The notes beneath the pieces are model-generated. The model did no database searches. It had not been told where the DNA came from and saw only the letters and a program-made list of their open reading frames with translations. Both the position numbers and the translations under genes were made by a program. Positions 49,559 through 58,926 of a DNA stretch of 64,000 bases are shown here, piece by piece. Each line of letters begins with the position of its first letter. The first letter of the stretch is position 1. The stretch comes from Candidatus Eiseniibacteriota bacterium (GTDB taxonomy: Bacteria > Eisenbacteria > RBG-16-71-46 > CAIMUX01 > VGJL01): assembly GCA_963792585.1 (NCBI GenBank), contig CAWBWI010000003.1, positions 576,001 to 640,000 on the forward strand, written 5' to 3'.

Positions 49559-49982
49559 ATGAACCCACCTCGAACGACGAAGCTGACCCCTGGACGACAT
49601 CCCAGAGCGTCCGCCGCCGCTTTCGAACCGCACCGCGCAGACGGCCATGATCCTCGCCGTAGCGGTGAGAAACGCGATGGAGGACTTCCACTGCAAACAT
49701 CTCTCCGACGCCCAGATGAAGGAGCTGAACCCGATCATCCGAAACGCGATCGCGACTGCGCTGTATGCGCTCGAGCACTCCTCGTCCAATCCCCGAGCCC
49801 GCAACTACGTCCGAAGCACGGCCCGGCAGATTCCGGCATACTGGGAAGCCCCGAAGCTCCTCGTCCCCTTCTCACAGGGTGGTTTCCTGAAACTCGTCCG
49901 CCAGTGGTGCCGGGACTCCGGAAAGATCGAGCCGGCTGAGGTCCTGGAGATGGCCGAGGGGATCTTGAACAGTGATTATTGA
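49559..49982 (+). CDS. Conserved hypothetical protein, probable frameshift near the 5' end
   Basis: VRNAMEDFHCKHLSDAQMKELNPIIRNAI; promoter TTGCAC-17-TACACT at 49501-49529; ATG at 49559 joins the frame if one C of 49587-90 is removed. Confidence 0.6.
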
Positions 49983-50557
49983 TGTGATGGGCAAGGGCTG
50001 GGGCATGCCGGATGTCCCCATGGGGAAGCGAAGGAGCGCGAGTCCGAGACACGGGCAGGGTCGAGGCCTGCGCGAACCTCAGAGCGGCGAAATGGATGAG
50101 GATCGTCCACGGTGAAAGCAGGAATTCTCGGAGCGAGTGTTCTCCTGGAGTGATCGGGGGCATCCTCAGGAGCGTCTATTCATGTCAGCCCTCGCCATGA
50201 TTGATGGGATGATCCTTGCCCGTACGTACCTCTTGAAAGGGAATCTTGCGAGCCGCGCACCTTCCCAAAGCGATCCCAGTCTCGGAGCGGCTGGCGCACG
50301 AGGAGTTCGCTCCCAGGACCGACGGGTTGCTCTTCGGCGCCTTCACGGAAGCACAAGCGTAGCGAAGTCTGAGAGTCCAAATTGATTCCGCCCTCCGGCT
50401 GTCACTACTCATTCGCAAGCCCACGGCATGAGGCTCGCACCAACAGCTCCTTCTCGAAGACCTGAGCCGAATCCCATTGGCGCGACTCGTTCCAACTACT
50501 GCAACATCGAGTCCCCTCGGCGAGCGTCCATCCGGATACGTCTCTCGCCGCCTCGCT

Positions 50558-51290
50558 TCAACAGGGCACAGGAAGCGACGCCGTGCCCTCGACGCCGCCG
50601 TCTGTGTCGATTGAGGGCCGCGGCTTACTTTGTTTGGGCGTCTGGCGGGTCAAGATGGTCGTGGTAAAAAACGTCACCATGAGCATGAAGTGAATCAGCG
50701 ACCAGGGACACACATGCCTGGAGCGAAGAAGTGCGACGATTGAGCGAGACCATGAATAGCGGACCATCACCGCAATCAACATGCTGACAATCATGAGGAC
50801 CGAACGGAATGACTACTACAGCACTGACGGTGACGACCTTTCGCCATCTCTCAAACCAAAGCGTCGAAGCCGACAGGAACACGAGGCCAGCGAATATGGT
50901 GCAACCACCAACCACAATTGCTCTTGCCATGTGCTGCGCTGCAACGTCATTGCGCGAATGCAAAGATCCCCAGAGCATGACGACCATACTGATCCAGTAC
51001 CACGCGGTGCCTGCAATGGCGAGAGTCGTGGCGCGACGCGACCGTGGCGTCTTAGGCTTTCGGCCGATCCGGACGGCGGCCAAAAACCATACGCAGTGTC
51101 AGAACGAAGTAGAGGAACCCGAGAGCAAGCCAGGCCTTATCGTACAGAAGGAAAGATGCATTACTCATCCCCTTGAGACTATTGGCAGAGAAGAAGAATA
51201 ACAGGGCCACCATGATGTCTGCGGCGAACTCCAAAAGACCGTAGACGACTCGGTAGCTCTTGGTGAAACTGTGCGCGTACCAATGGTTGG
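50558..51290 (-). pseudogene. Frameshifted paralogue of membrane protein 4044-5012
   Basis: VVYGLLEFAAD..FFFSA..SFL..DK.W..LG.LY.VLTLRMV / RRATTLAIAG..YW / PWSL spread over three frames. Confidence 0.75.
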
Positions 51291-51601
51291 GCCGAGTCGC
51301 AGCACGCAATGGGAATCTGTTTGCCCATTGGAGCCTCGGAGAGCGACTACCGGCTGGACGGTAAGAGCCGGATGAGTGCCCGCTACGGTCGGATCTGGAC
51401 AGCAATCGCCGGACCAAGAGCCCGCTGGCGGCGAACTCCGCTCCTTGACGGCTTACTTTGCCGGCGCGAGACTCCGTCCACTGATCGCTTACGGTGGCGA
51501 GGCGCGGGGATCGCGAGAAACCGAGTCATGGGCGAGTCCCTCTTGTGCCCGAAAGAAGATCGCCCCACGGACTCAGAGACTTGACCTAACTTCGTTCCAT
51601 A

Positions 51602-52102
51602 CTATCGCAGAATGACCAACCTCTGCTCCTTCAAGGCCTCCCCGACGCGCAGTCGCGCGAAATACACACCTGACGGCAGCGCTGCTCCTTCTTCTCCGCG
51701 ACCATTCCAGAGCACCGTGTGTATCCCCGCAGCCCGCGGGCCTTCCGCTACACGCCTCACCACCCGTCCATCCAGCGTGAAGATCTCAAGGAGGCACCGG
51801 CTCTCCGCTGACGCACGGAAGGTCAGACTCACCTGCCCGCGAGAAGGGTTGGGACCGACCCTGAAGTCCAAGCCCGTGGGCATCTCATTGTCTATCCCCG
51901 AACCCAGATGAGGTGAGTTCAGCTCATATTGTCCGTCACCTCCGCTGGCATACCCTCCACTTTGCGCTCCACCGCCACTGGGGAACGTCGATCCGCAGCA
52001 GTTGCCTGCGCGAACGTTGACAGCGAGCCCCATATGGAGCCCTATCACAAAGACGACGGTGACGAGGCTCGCTCTTCTCAGTGATTGACCGGTATCTCTC
52101 AT
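51602..52102 (-). CDS. Small secreted protein with FlgD-Ig-like C-terminal domain
   Basis: Signal peptide; GPNPSRG..LEIFTLDGRVVR..WNGRGEEG..PSGVYFARL. Confidence 0.85.
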   Translation of the reverse strand: MRDTGQSLRRASLVTVVFVIGLHMGLAVNVRAGNCCGSTFPSGGGAQSGGYASGGDGQYELNSPHLGSGIDNEMPTGLDFRVGPNPSRGQVSLTFRASAESRCLLEIFTLDGRVVRRVAEGPRAAGIHTVLWNGRGEEGAALPSGVYFARLRVGEALKEQRLVILR

Positions 52103-52456
52103 CGCGACCCCCTTTGTAGGATAGTCTCTCAGTTAGTAGCGGAACTCCGATCGCCTACTTCTCGCGAGTTCCACTCCATAAACAAATTGCCCCAATCGCA
52201 AGCAAGGCGTCAGTGGACAACATCCGGAATCGGACCAATCCGTTCCAGATCTCCGGCCCGTAATGTTCCATCCTCGCAATCGGCTGGCCGCATCGGCTGT
52301 TTTGGCTTCCGCACACGTTACGTCAACTGGTCGGCACTTCCTCATTCATATCTCTCCCGTCAATAGGCAACGCACTCCTTCACTCTATTGGTGCACTTGC
52401 AATGCGTTGGTAGCCTATAACCAATGTCCGTGCTCTTGACGCAGCGTCAATAAGCT

Positions 52457-55400
52457 CTACAAGATCATTCGCGCCACTTCTGCCCCGGCTGATATGAACT
52501 TAGTCAGGATGACCGTCCAATCTAGCGATCCACCACCGGAATGCTTCTCAATACATCTGCATCCGTTGCTGCAGTCTGCGACAGCCCCTCTTCCGCAGCA
52601 AGCATAGCAGACGTTAATGACTCTGCAGAAGCCACCCTTACAGTCTTTGAAGGTATCATGAGGATCCTCTTTGTCAGGGCCTGAGACTTGGCACGCCGAT
52701 ACGCGAAAGGATGAACCGACACCTGCCGAGTTGCCTGTTCCGCCTGACCTTGGGGCCAGGGGCCCTAACTTGAGCGCGTCTAGTGGTGTGACATACTTCT
52801 CCCTAAGCTTTTCCAAAATCCGCGCATCTTTCTCCAAGACAAGCGCGGCGGCGGCTCCGACGGCTCCGTTCAGCAATGCCTCGGGCGGCCCATCCCCAAA
52901 CGGATCCACATAGTTGATGGGATTATTGCCTACATACGCATGACTGTTTCCTGGGCTACGCGCATCACTCCACACACCAATCGGATCTCTCTGCATGAAC
53001 CTTCCGAGCCAAGGAGCGTAGTGCCGGTCACGGTAGAAGTACAATCCGATCTCGGCGTCATACTCACGGCCAGTGAAGAGGAAGCGATTGCCTACAACGG
53101 ACCTTGTGCGTGTCGTGGAGTAAACCCCGTCCCAGATAGTCGGAGTGCCGAAGGCATCATACTGATAGCGTTCCACCACGTGACCGGAGACGTCGGTCAT
53201 AGCGACAACCGACCCGAGGGCGTTCGTCACGTAACAATATGTTGCTCCCTGATGGGTCATTGTGAGACGATCATCGACCCATTCATCGCCATATCCATAT
53301 GTGAGTGTGACGGCATCCGACGCGTTCCGCTCTTCGATGACCCTATTGCCGTCGTAGTAGTAGATGATGGTTTCTGAACCGACTGCCTTCTGGATCCGGC
53401 GCCCGAGCGCATCATAGCGGTAGAGCCCTTCATTGGGAGGACTCGTGACCTCTCCGTGGACCAGGCGACACTCATAGTCGTACGCACCCGTAAACGCGCT
53501 ACTTGTGGTTAGGTTGCCAGTTGGATCGTAGCCGAAGGCCCCACCGGGATCTGATGACGTATACTGGTTTAGGACGTTGCTCGTGTACGTTGTGAGGTCC
53601 GCACCATGTTTCACGGAAGTCCAGTTGCCAGCATAGTCGTAGTTGAACCAAGTACTGTCACCTCCGCCTAGTTCAGGGGCTGTCCTGCTGGTCGTGTTCC
53701 CCTCAGGCAATACGGCCGTAGGGCTAACGGATACGGGAGAAGCTCCAGCCGAGCAATGGGTTAGAGAGTCTCCTACCGGTGTTCCCCGCTGGGCCGTCGT
53801 CAGCCAGTTCACGCCGTTGTAGCCGTAGAACTCCGATCGGCTCAAGTCGTAGTTGTCGATTGCAGCCGTGCGGTTCCCTGTGTCGTCGTAGGTGTACGTG
53901 AAGCCGGCAAGCAGCTCGCCCCCTGCGCGATGGTTGAGGGCCGTCATGAGATCGCGATTGTCGTACTGATAACTGGCAGTGTGGTTGTCGCCGTACGAGG
54001 CCGAGGACAGCCGACCTCCTGGATCGTAGGCAAATGCTATCGTGACGTCGTCGCGAGAAAGGGAGATGAGACGCCCTCGCAAATTGTGCAGCTCCTGGGC
54101 AATGGATCCACCTGGGTATGTGATCACTCTCTCTCGCGCTGCCGTGTTGTACGAGTAGCCGGTCGTGTGGCCGTTCGTTGTTTCGCTGAGGACACGGTCC
54201 GCCTCATCATATGTAAATGCGATCGCTGCCTGACTGTTGTTTGCTGTTAGCATTCGTCCCGCAGGATCATAGGTGTAGAGATCATCTTCGACGGGAAAGT
54301 GCCGCCATGTCAGCTCTCCATTGGCATCATAAGTATAGGTGGTCATAGCGCCGGAGTTGTCGATGCGACTGACGAGGTTGTCGTTGCCGTCATAGGCATA
54401 TTGCCGGTAGGAATAGTCGGGGTATGTCGCTTGTATGAGGCGGCTAAGAGCGTCATACGCGTACGTGGTCCGATTTCCCATAGCGTCGATCCGCCAGGAT
54501 ACGTTGCCACATTCGTCATAGCCGGTAAATGTCGTAAGTCCTCCCCTAGATACCGACTCACTCCGATTCAACGCATCATAGGTGATCGTCGTTGTGTGGC
54601 CATTACCATCCGTGATGGTGAGCATGTTGCCGCTGGCATCGTACGTGAAGAGGTCGGGGATGCCGCCCCGGGTGACTGAGGTAACACGACTCTGAGCATC
54701 ATAGGTAAGTGACGTGGCATTCCCGTTGCCATCAACGGTGGAGAGCAGATTGCCGGAACCATCAAAGCTGTTGATCCGTACGATCCCGATGCCGTCACTT
54801 ATCTGAGTTGGCCTATTGAGAGCGTCGTATGCGGCGGTTACCACATTCTCGTTTGGATACGCGGTGGTCACGACATTATCATTTAGATCAAACGCATAGG
54901 TTGTGATCTCGGAGAGGGCGTTCTCGGTGGCAGTGAGGCGATCGAGAGCGTCGTAGGTGTTGGTGGTGGTATTCCCATTGGCATCCGTATGGGTGAGCGG
55001 GTTGCCTACAGCGTCGTACGTGAAAGCCTCAGTCCCGATCGGGCGGGTAATACCTGTTCTGTAGCCGTTGTCGTTATATGTACAGGTTGTTGTATTGCCA
55101 CGGGCGTCGGTGTTGGAGGACACCTGTCCAAAACTGTCGTATGAGAAGTGGAAGGTGGAGTCAAGTGGCCTTGTGAGCGCCGTGCAGTTGCCATGAGTAT
55201 CGTATGTGAGAGCAGTTGTGTTCCCAGCCTGGTCGGTGACGCTGGTTACCTGATTGAAGACCGGCTCGTATGTCAAAGTGGTGGTGTATGTTAATGGGTC
55301 AGTTGTAGTAAGCTGGTTGCCACGGGCGTCATAGGAATAGGTTGTGACGTTGTTGTTGGCGTCAGTCACAGTAGTGATGTTATTGGCGTCATCCCATGCG

Positions 55401-56362
55401 AATAGCCGGTGGTAGCCGCAGCAAAGGCCCGTGATCTCGGTGATGCGCGCGGAGTTGTCAAAGACATAGACGGTCGCGCGGCCGTCGAGTGAATGCGTTG
55501 TCGTTCTGTGCGCAGTGTCGTAGGTAAAGCGCTCATCTGACAGGGGTGACTGGACTCGCGTGACGGCGCCGCTGTCAGTATATGCTATTTGGTAGGGGAT
55601 GCCGCGCCAATCGGTGACTTGGAGAAGACGCTTGTGATCATCGTACCCATATTGCGTGACCCTGCCAGCGGCATCATAGACACGAATTAGGTCACGTTGC
55701 GTAGAGCTGCTGTACTCGTAGGCGATGGTTCTGGGTGGAGATGCGCAATCAGTGATCTGTGTCATTCTGTCGGCGGACCAGGTGAGGATTATGGACCGCC
55801 CGCTGGCATCGGTAATGAGGGTCGGATGGCCCCCGGAGTATGAGAGGGTTACGGTGTTGCCATTGCGGTCGCGTACACTGGTGACGCGCTTGTGTGACGA
55901 GTCCGCAAAGTCATACTCCAGACCGTACTTGGCGCGCAGGCGAAACCGGCCCGGTTGGTACTGGCTGAGGGAATCGTAGCACGCGACGGGTGGTCTGTAG
56001 GCGCCCCCTTCAAAGGTGAACAACTGTCGGTTCCCGTCCCAGCGTTTGACCGAGATGTCGGCGCCGGCTTTCTCATAGACGATGTTGAAGGAATGGGTCC
56101 ATCCGGCCCCGTAGCCGAAGTCGTACTTTGTCTCGCCACTGTTGTAAGAAAAGGTTAGATCGAGGTTGATGCCTCGGGCCGGGATATTGAGCTCCTGGCG
56201 AGCGTAAAACAGATTGCCCGTATAGGTGTTGACCTGGAGCTGGCCCTCGCAGATCACGTTCGGTGCGGTATATTCGCCCGCAACCGCCGGGGAGCCGGAG
56301 AGCGTGAGACAGAGGAGGACGACGGTAAGGAGGAAGTGCCGAGAGCGGCGGGCGGTGTACAT
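52457..56362 (-). CDS. RHS/YD-repeat protein with signal peptide and Cys-rich C-terminal tip
   Basis: VNTYTGNL, YGAGW, many YD repeats, FTGREYDAEIGLYFYRDRHY..GRFMQRDP, YVGNNPINYVDPFG; GGAGG RBS before ATG at 56362. Confidence 0.92.
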   Translation of the reverse strand: MYTARRSRHFLLTVVLLCLTLSGSPAVAGEYTAPNVICEGQLQVNTYTGNLFYARQELNIPARGINLDLTFSYNSGETKYDFGYGAGWTHSFNIVYEKAGADISVKRWDGNRQLFTFEGGAYRPPVACYDSLSQYQPGRFRLRAKYGLEYDFADSSHKRVTSVRDRNGNTVTLSYSGGHPTLITDASGRSIILTWSADRMTQITDCASPPRTIAYEYSSSTQRDLIRVYDAAGRVTQYGYDDHKRLLQVTDWRGIPYQIAYTDSGAVTRVQSPLSDERFTYDTAHRTTTHSLDGRATVYVFDNSARITEITGLCCGYHRLFAWDDANNITTVTDANNNVTTYSYDARGNQLTTTDPLTYTTTLTYEPVFNQVTSVTDQAGNTTALTYDTHGNCTALTRPLDSTFHFSYDSFGQVSSNTDARGNTTTCTYNDNGYRTGITRPIGTEAFTYDAVGNPLTHTDANGNTTTNTYDALDRLTATENALSEITTYAFDLNDNVVTTAYPNENVVTAAYDALNRPTQISDGIGIVRINSFDGSGNLLSTVDGNGNATSLTYDAQSRVTSVTRGGIPDLFTYDASGNMLTITDGNGHTTTITYDALNRSESVSRGGLTTFTGYDECGNVSWRIDAMGNRTTYAYDALSRLIQATYPDYSYRQYAYDGNDNLVSRIDNSGAMTTYTYDANGELTWRHFPVEDDLYTYDPAGRMLTANNSQAAIAFTYDEADRVLSETTNGHTTGYSYNTAARERVITYPGGSIAQELHNLRGRLISLSRDDVTIAFAYDPGGRLSSASYGDNHTASYQYDNRDLMTALNHRAGGELLAGFTYTYDDTGNRTAAIDNYDLSRSEFYGYNGVNWLTTAQRGTPVGDSLTHCSAGASPVSVSPTAVLPEGNTTSRTAPELGGGDSTWFNYDYAGNWTSVKHGADLTTYTSNVLNQYTSSDPGGAFGYDPTGNLTTSSAFTGAYDYECRLVHGEVTSPPNEGLYRYDALGRRIQKAVGSETIIYYYDGNRVIEERNASDAVTLTYGYGDEWVDDRLTMTHQGATYCYVTNALGSVVAMTDVSGHVVERYQYDAFGTPTIWDGVYSTTRTRSVVGNRFLFTGREYDAEIGLYFYRDRHYAPWLGRFMQRDPIGVWSDARSPGNSHAYVGNNPINYVDPFGDGPPEALLNGAVGAAAALVLEKDARILEKLREKYVTPLDALKLGPLAPRSGGTGNSAGVGSSFRVSACQVSGPDKEDPHDTFKDCKGGFCRVINVCYACCGRGAVADCSNGCRCIEKHSGGGSLDWTVILTKFISAGAEVARMIL

Positions 56363-57414
56363 TTGGATCCCTCCAGTTGGTTCGGGCCGATCTCGGACTG
56401 GGAGAACGGAAGGTTGCGGGCGAAGAAAGGCTGCCCGGTAGCCGGGATGATCCGAGGATCCGCCGCCGGGCGCTCCTCTCTGGTTTGAGGCAACATGGAC
56501 GGCACGCTGAAATCTGGCACACCATTCCGGGGGGGCTGGCGGGCCGCAGAGCGATGGTGCGGGTCCGGACAGAGCACATCCAGCGGATGCACTCCGCAAC
56601 CGGGTCAGAGATCGGAATCGAGAATGCATGTCAGTTCCCTCCATGGGAGATGAGCCGAGTCGGGATTGGGCGGTCGGGGGAAGCGCGGGTGGGAAACGAT
56701 GAGACGGGCCAGGACCGGAGAGAACGGACACCGGAACTGCACCCAAGGGATGATCGCCAATCGATCCGGATCAGCATTCCGCATCGAGCGCCCACCATTC
56801 GCCACGAGCAGAGGAAAGAAGTGCACGTTTACAAGCGCAAGTAAGCATGCGGAACGACGCAGACGATAGCAACTGAAAAGGTTCAGGTGATTCAACAAAA
56901 CACGTGTGTCATCCATATCCAGGGATGTGCACTCAATATGTGCAATACGGACATACACTGCACCATCTTGCAGCCTCACGGAGCCAGAGCGCTACGAATT
57001 ACCCGCGCACAGGAATAAGCGGACACCATCTCCACCATTCCAAGATCCCGCTCGACGACCACCCCCAGCAGACTTAATCTATTTGCGACTTCTCCAGAGA
57101 AGGTTACTGCTGGGGCTGCGGCCACCCTCAGAATGCGCGATGACGTTAGCTTGGGAATTCGGAGCCGCAATGGAAGCCGCGAGTCCATATGAATCGCTGC
57201 GTGCTGCCATCGCCCCCGCGACTGCTGGCGCGCTCCCGTCTCTGTACATCCACAAGTCAATCCCGACAAGACTCGGAACCCATGTCATTAGGGATCAGTC
57301 CCACGTGGCAATGGGGCGTGCTCCACCCATTGGCTAATTCCAGGGCTACTGGAGTTAACCAATCTTGAAACAAATGTCAGAGTGGTGCTCTCAAGAGAAA
57401 GGACGTCTACTGCT

Positions 57415-57630
57415 ATGAAACGAGCATTGCACTGCGTCAGCGTGTTACGAGCGTCTCTTGCGGTTGCCATCTTCGGATTACTAAGTCCAGGCCATGTCCT
57501 TGCAGGAAGAAACGCAGGCGGGGCGATCATTCTTCACGCGAACGACAGCGTGGAATACACATATACGGGGCAGTACTGCTCCTATGACTTCGACAATCCA
57601 GGTACGTGCGCTCAAGCCCATACGCGGTAA
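57415..57630 (+). pseudogene. N-terminus of a secreted protein truncated by IS66
   Basis: Signal peptide + GRNAGGAIILH; the stop codon is supplied by the IS end. Confidence 0.65.
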
Positions 57631-57860
57631 GCGGTCAATCCTCGGAGGAGTCCCCTTCGGTTCCAACTGAGCTACAACCCTCCTGAGGCGGGCCGGTCGT
57701 GCCCGTCGATCGACAGGTCTATTCACAGGAGGTCAAGATGCAGCTCATGTCGAACGGCAGGGTCCGGCGCACTGATATCGAATGGCGAGTGATCCTCGCC
57801 CGGTGGAAGAAGAGTGGTCTCAGTCCCGTGGAGTTCTGCAAGAAGCAGGACATACGGCTC
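57627..57860 (+). mobile_element. tnpA: IS66-family remnant (left end + tnpA fragment)
   Basis: GTAAGCG terminus; RRTDIEWRVILARWKKSGLSPVEFCKKQDI from ATG at 57738. Confidence 0.75.
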
Positions 57861-58071
57861 TTGATCACGGGGCCTATCCTAATCGCGATCTCTCCAGAGA
57901 TGATCGTCGTGGAGTTGCGCGATCACCTAATGCGTGATGTCGGGGTTGAGAACCAGTGCTCTATCCATGATAGTCTAGGCCGATTCCTCCACGAATTGCG
58001 CGAGAGCGATCGGCATCCTTGCGGAAACCGATCGCCCTCATGGTGCGCCACCGACTGGCGCCACTGACGGA

Positions 58072-58926
58072 TCAATGATCCAAGAGGAACTTCCCGTGCA
58101 GTTCCCGATCGGGAGCCTTGAGGCGGTACATGTAGACGCCCGAAGGGGCGGCGATGGCTGTAGCAAACCGCCCATCCCAAATCACCTCGTGGATTCCGGG
58201 TGCCAGTGTGGCATCCAGCACGCTTCGGACGAGCCGTCCCAGGACGTCGAAAACGTCGAGCGTGGTCCGTCCCTGTTTCGCCAGGTAGAACCGGATCGTC
58301 CCCTGCGATTGCATCGGGTTGGGACTGACACTCAGGACGATCGTGCTTGCGCTCCATCCCGCTCCGGCCCTTCGGAGCACATTCAGAGTGGCTGAAGAAA
58401 CATCGAGACCGAACTTGTGGTAAGCACCGGACTCGTCCACAAACCCGAGTCCACCGGTCTGCGGTACGCTAAGGATCTTCAATGCGGAGTTGAGGCTCCC
58501 GACCTGAAGGCGCAGAGTGCCAAGCGGCACATCCGCCCCGCTAATCAACTGAGGCACCGCGGCGATGAAGGCCTGCCGGCGGGCAGCCTTCGCGGGCTCC
58601 GGCCGGCTGACGGTGATGGATCCCTCGAGGGTCTGGGACCATCCGAGCAGACGCCATCCGTTTCCCCACTCGAATCCGACCTCGACCGCGGCGAGTGAGT
58701 GAACGTCAGACAGGACGACTGGGATCTCGATCTCCTGACCCTCCATCAGAATTCCCTCGCTCGTCAACTGCGCCTCGGTCTCGGTCCCTTGAGCATCGGC
58801 CGGCCGGGGTGCACCGAAGTGGACGCTCGGGCTCCCGGCGCCCGCCGCACCGACCGCGGCGATCGAGGCAGCTACTGCCAGCACGAATACAGCGCTTCTC
58901 ACGATGTTCTCCCTCCGTCCTGTCAA
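58072..58926 (-). CDS. Secreted protein with FlgD-Ig-like C-terminal domain
   Basis: Signal peptide; SPNPM..LDVFDVLGRLVR..WDGR..PSGVYMYRL. Confidence 0.85.
   Translation of the reverse strand: MTGRRENIVRSAVFVLAVAASIAAVGAAGAGSPSVHFGAPRPADAQGTETEAQLTSEGILMEGQEIEIPVVLSDVHSLAAVEVGFEWGNGWRLLGWSQTLEGSITVSRPEPAKAARRQAFIAAVPQLISGADVPLGTLRLQVGSLNSALKILSVPQTGGLGFVDESGAYHKFGLDVSSATLNVLRRAGAGWSASTIVLSVSPNPMQSQGTIRFYLAKQGRTTLDVFDVLGRLVRSVLDATLAPGIHEVIWDGRFATAIAAPSGVYMYRLKAPDRELHGKFLLDH

Noticed and set aside
56363..56746. 128-aa N-terminal extension of the RHS ORF
   Set aside because: An RBS and signal peptide mark the real start at 56362
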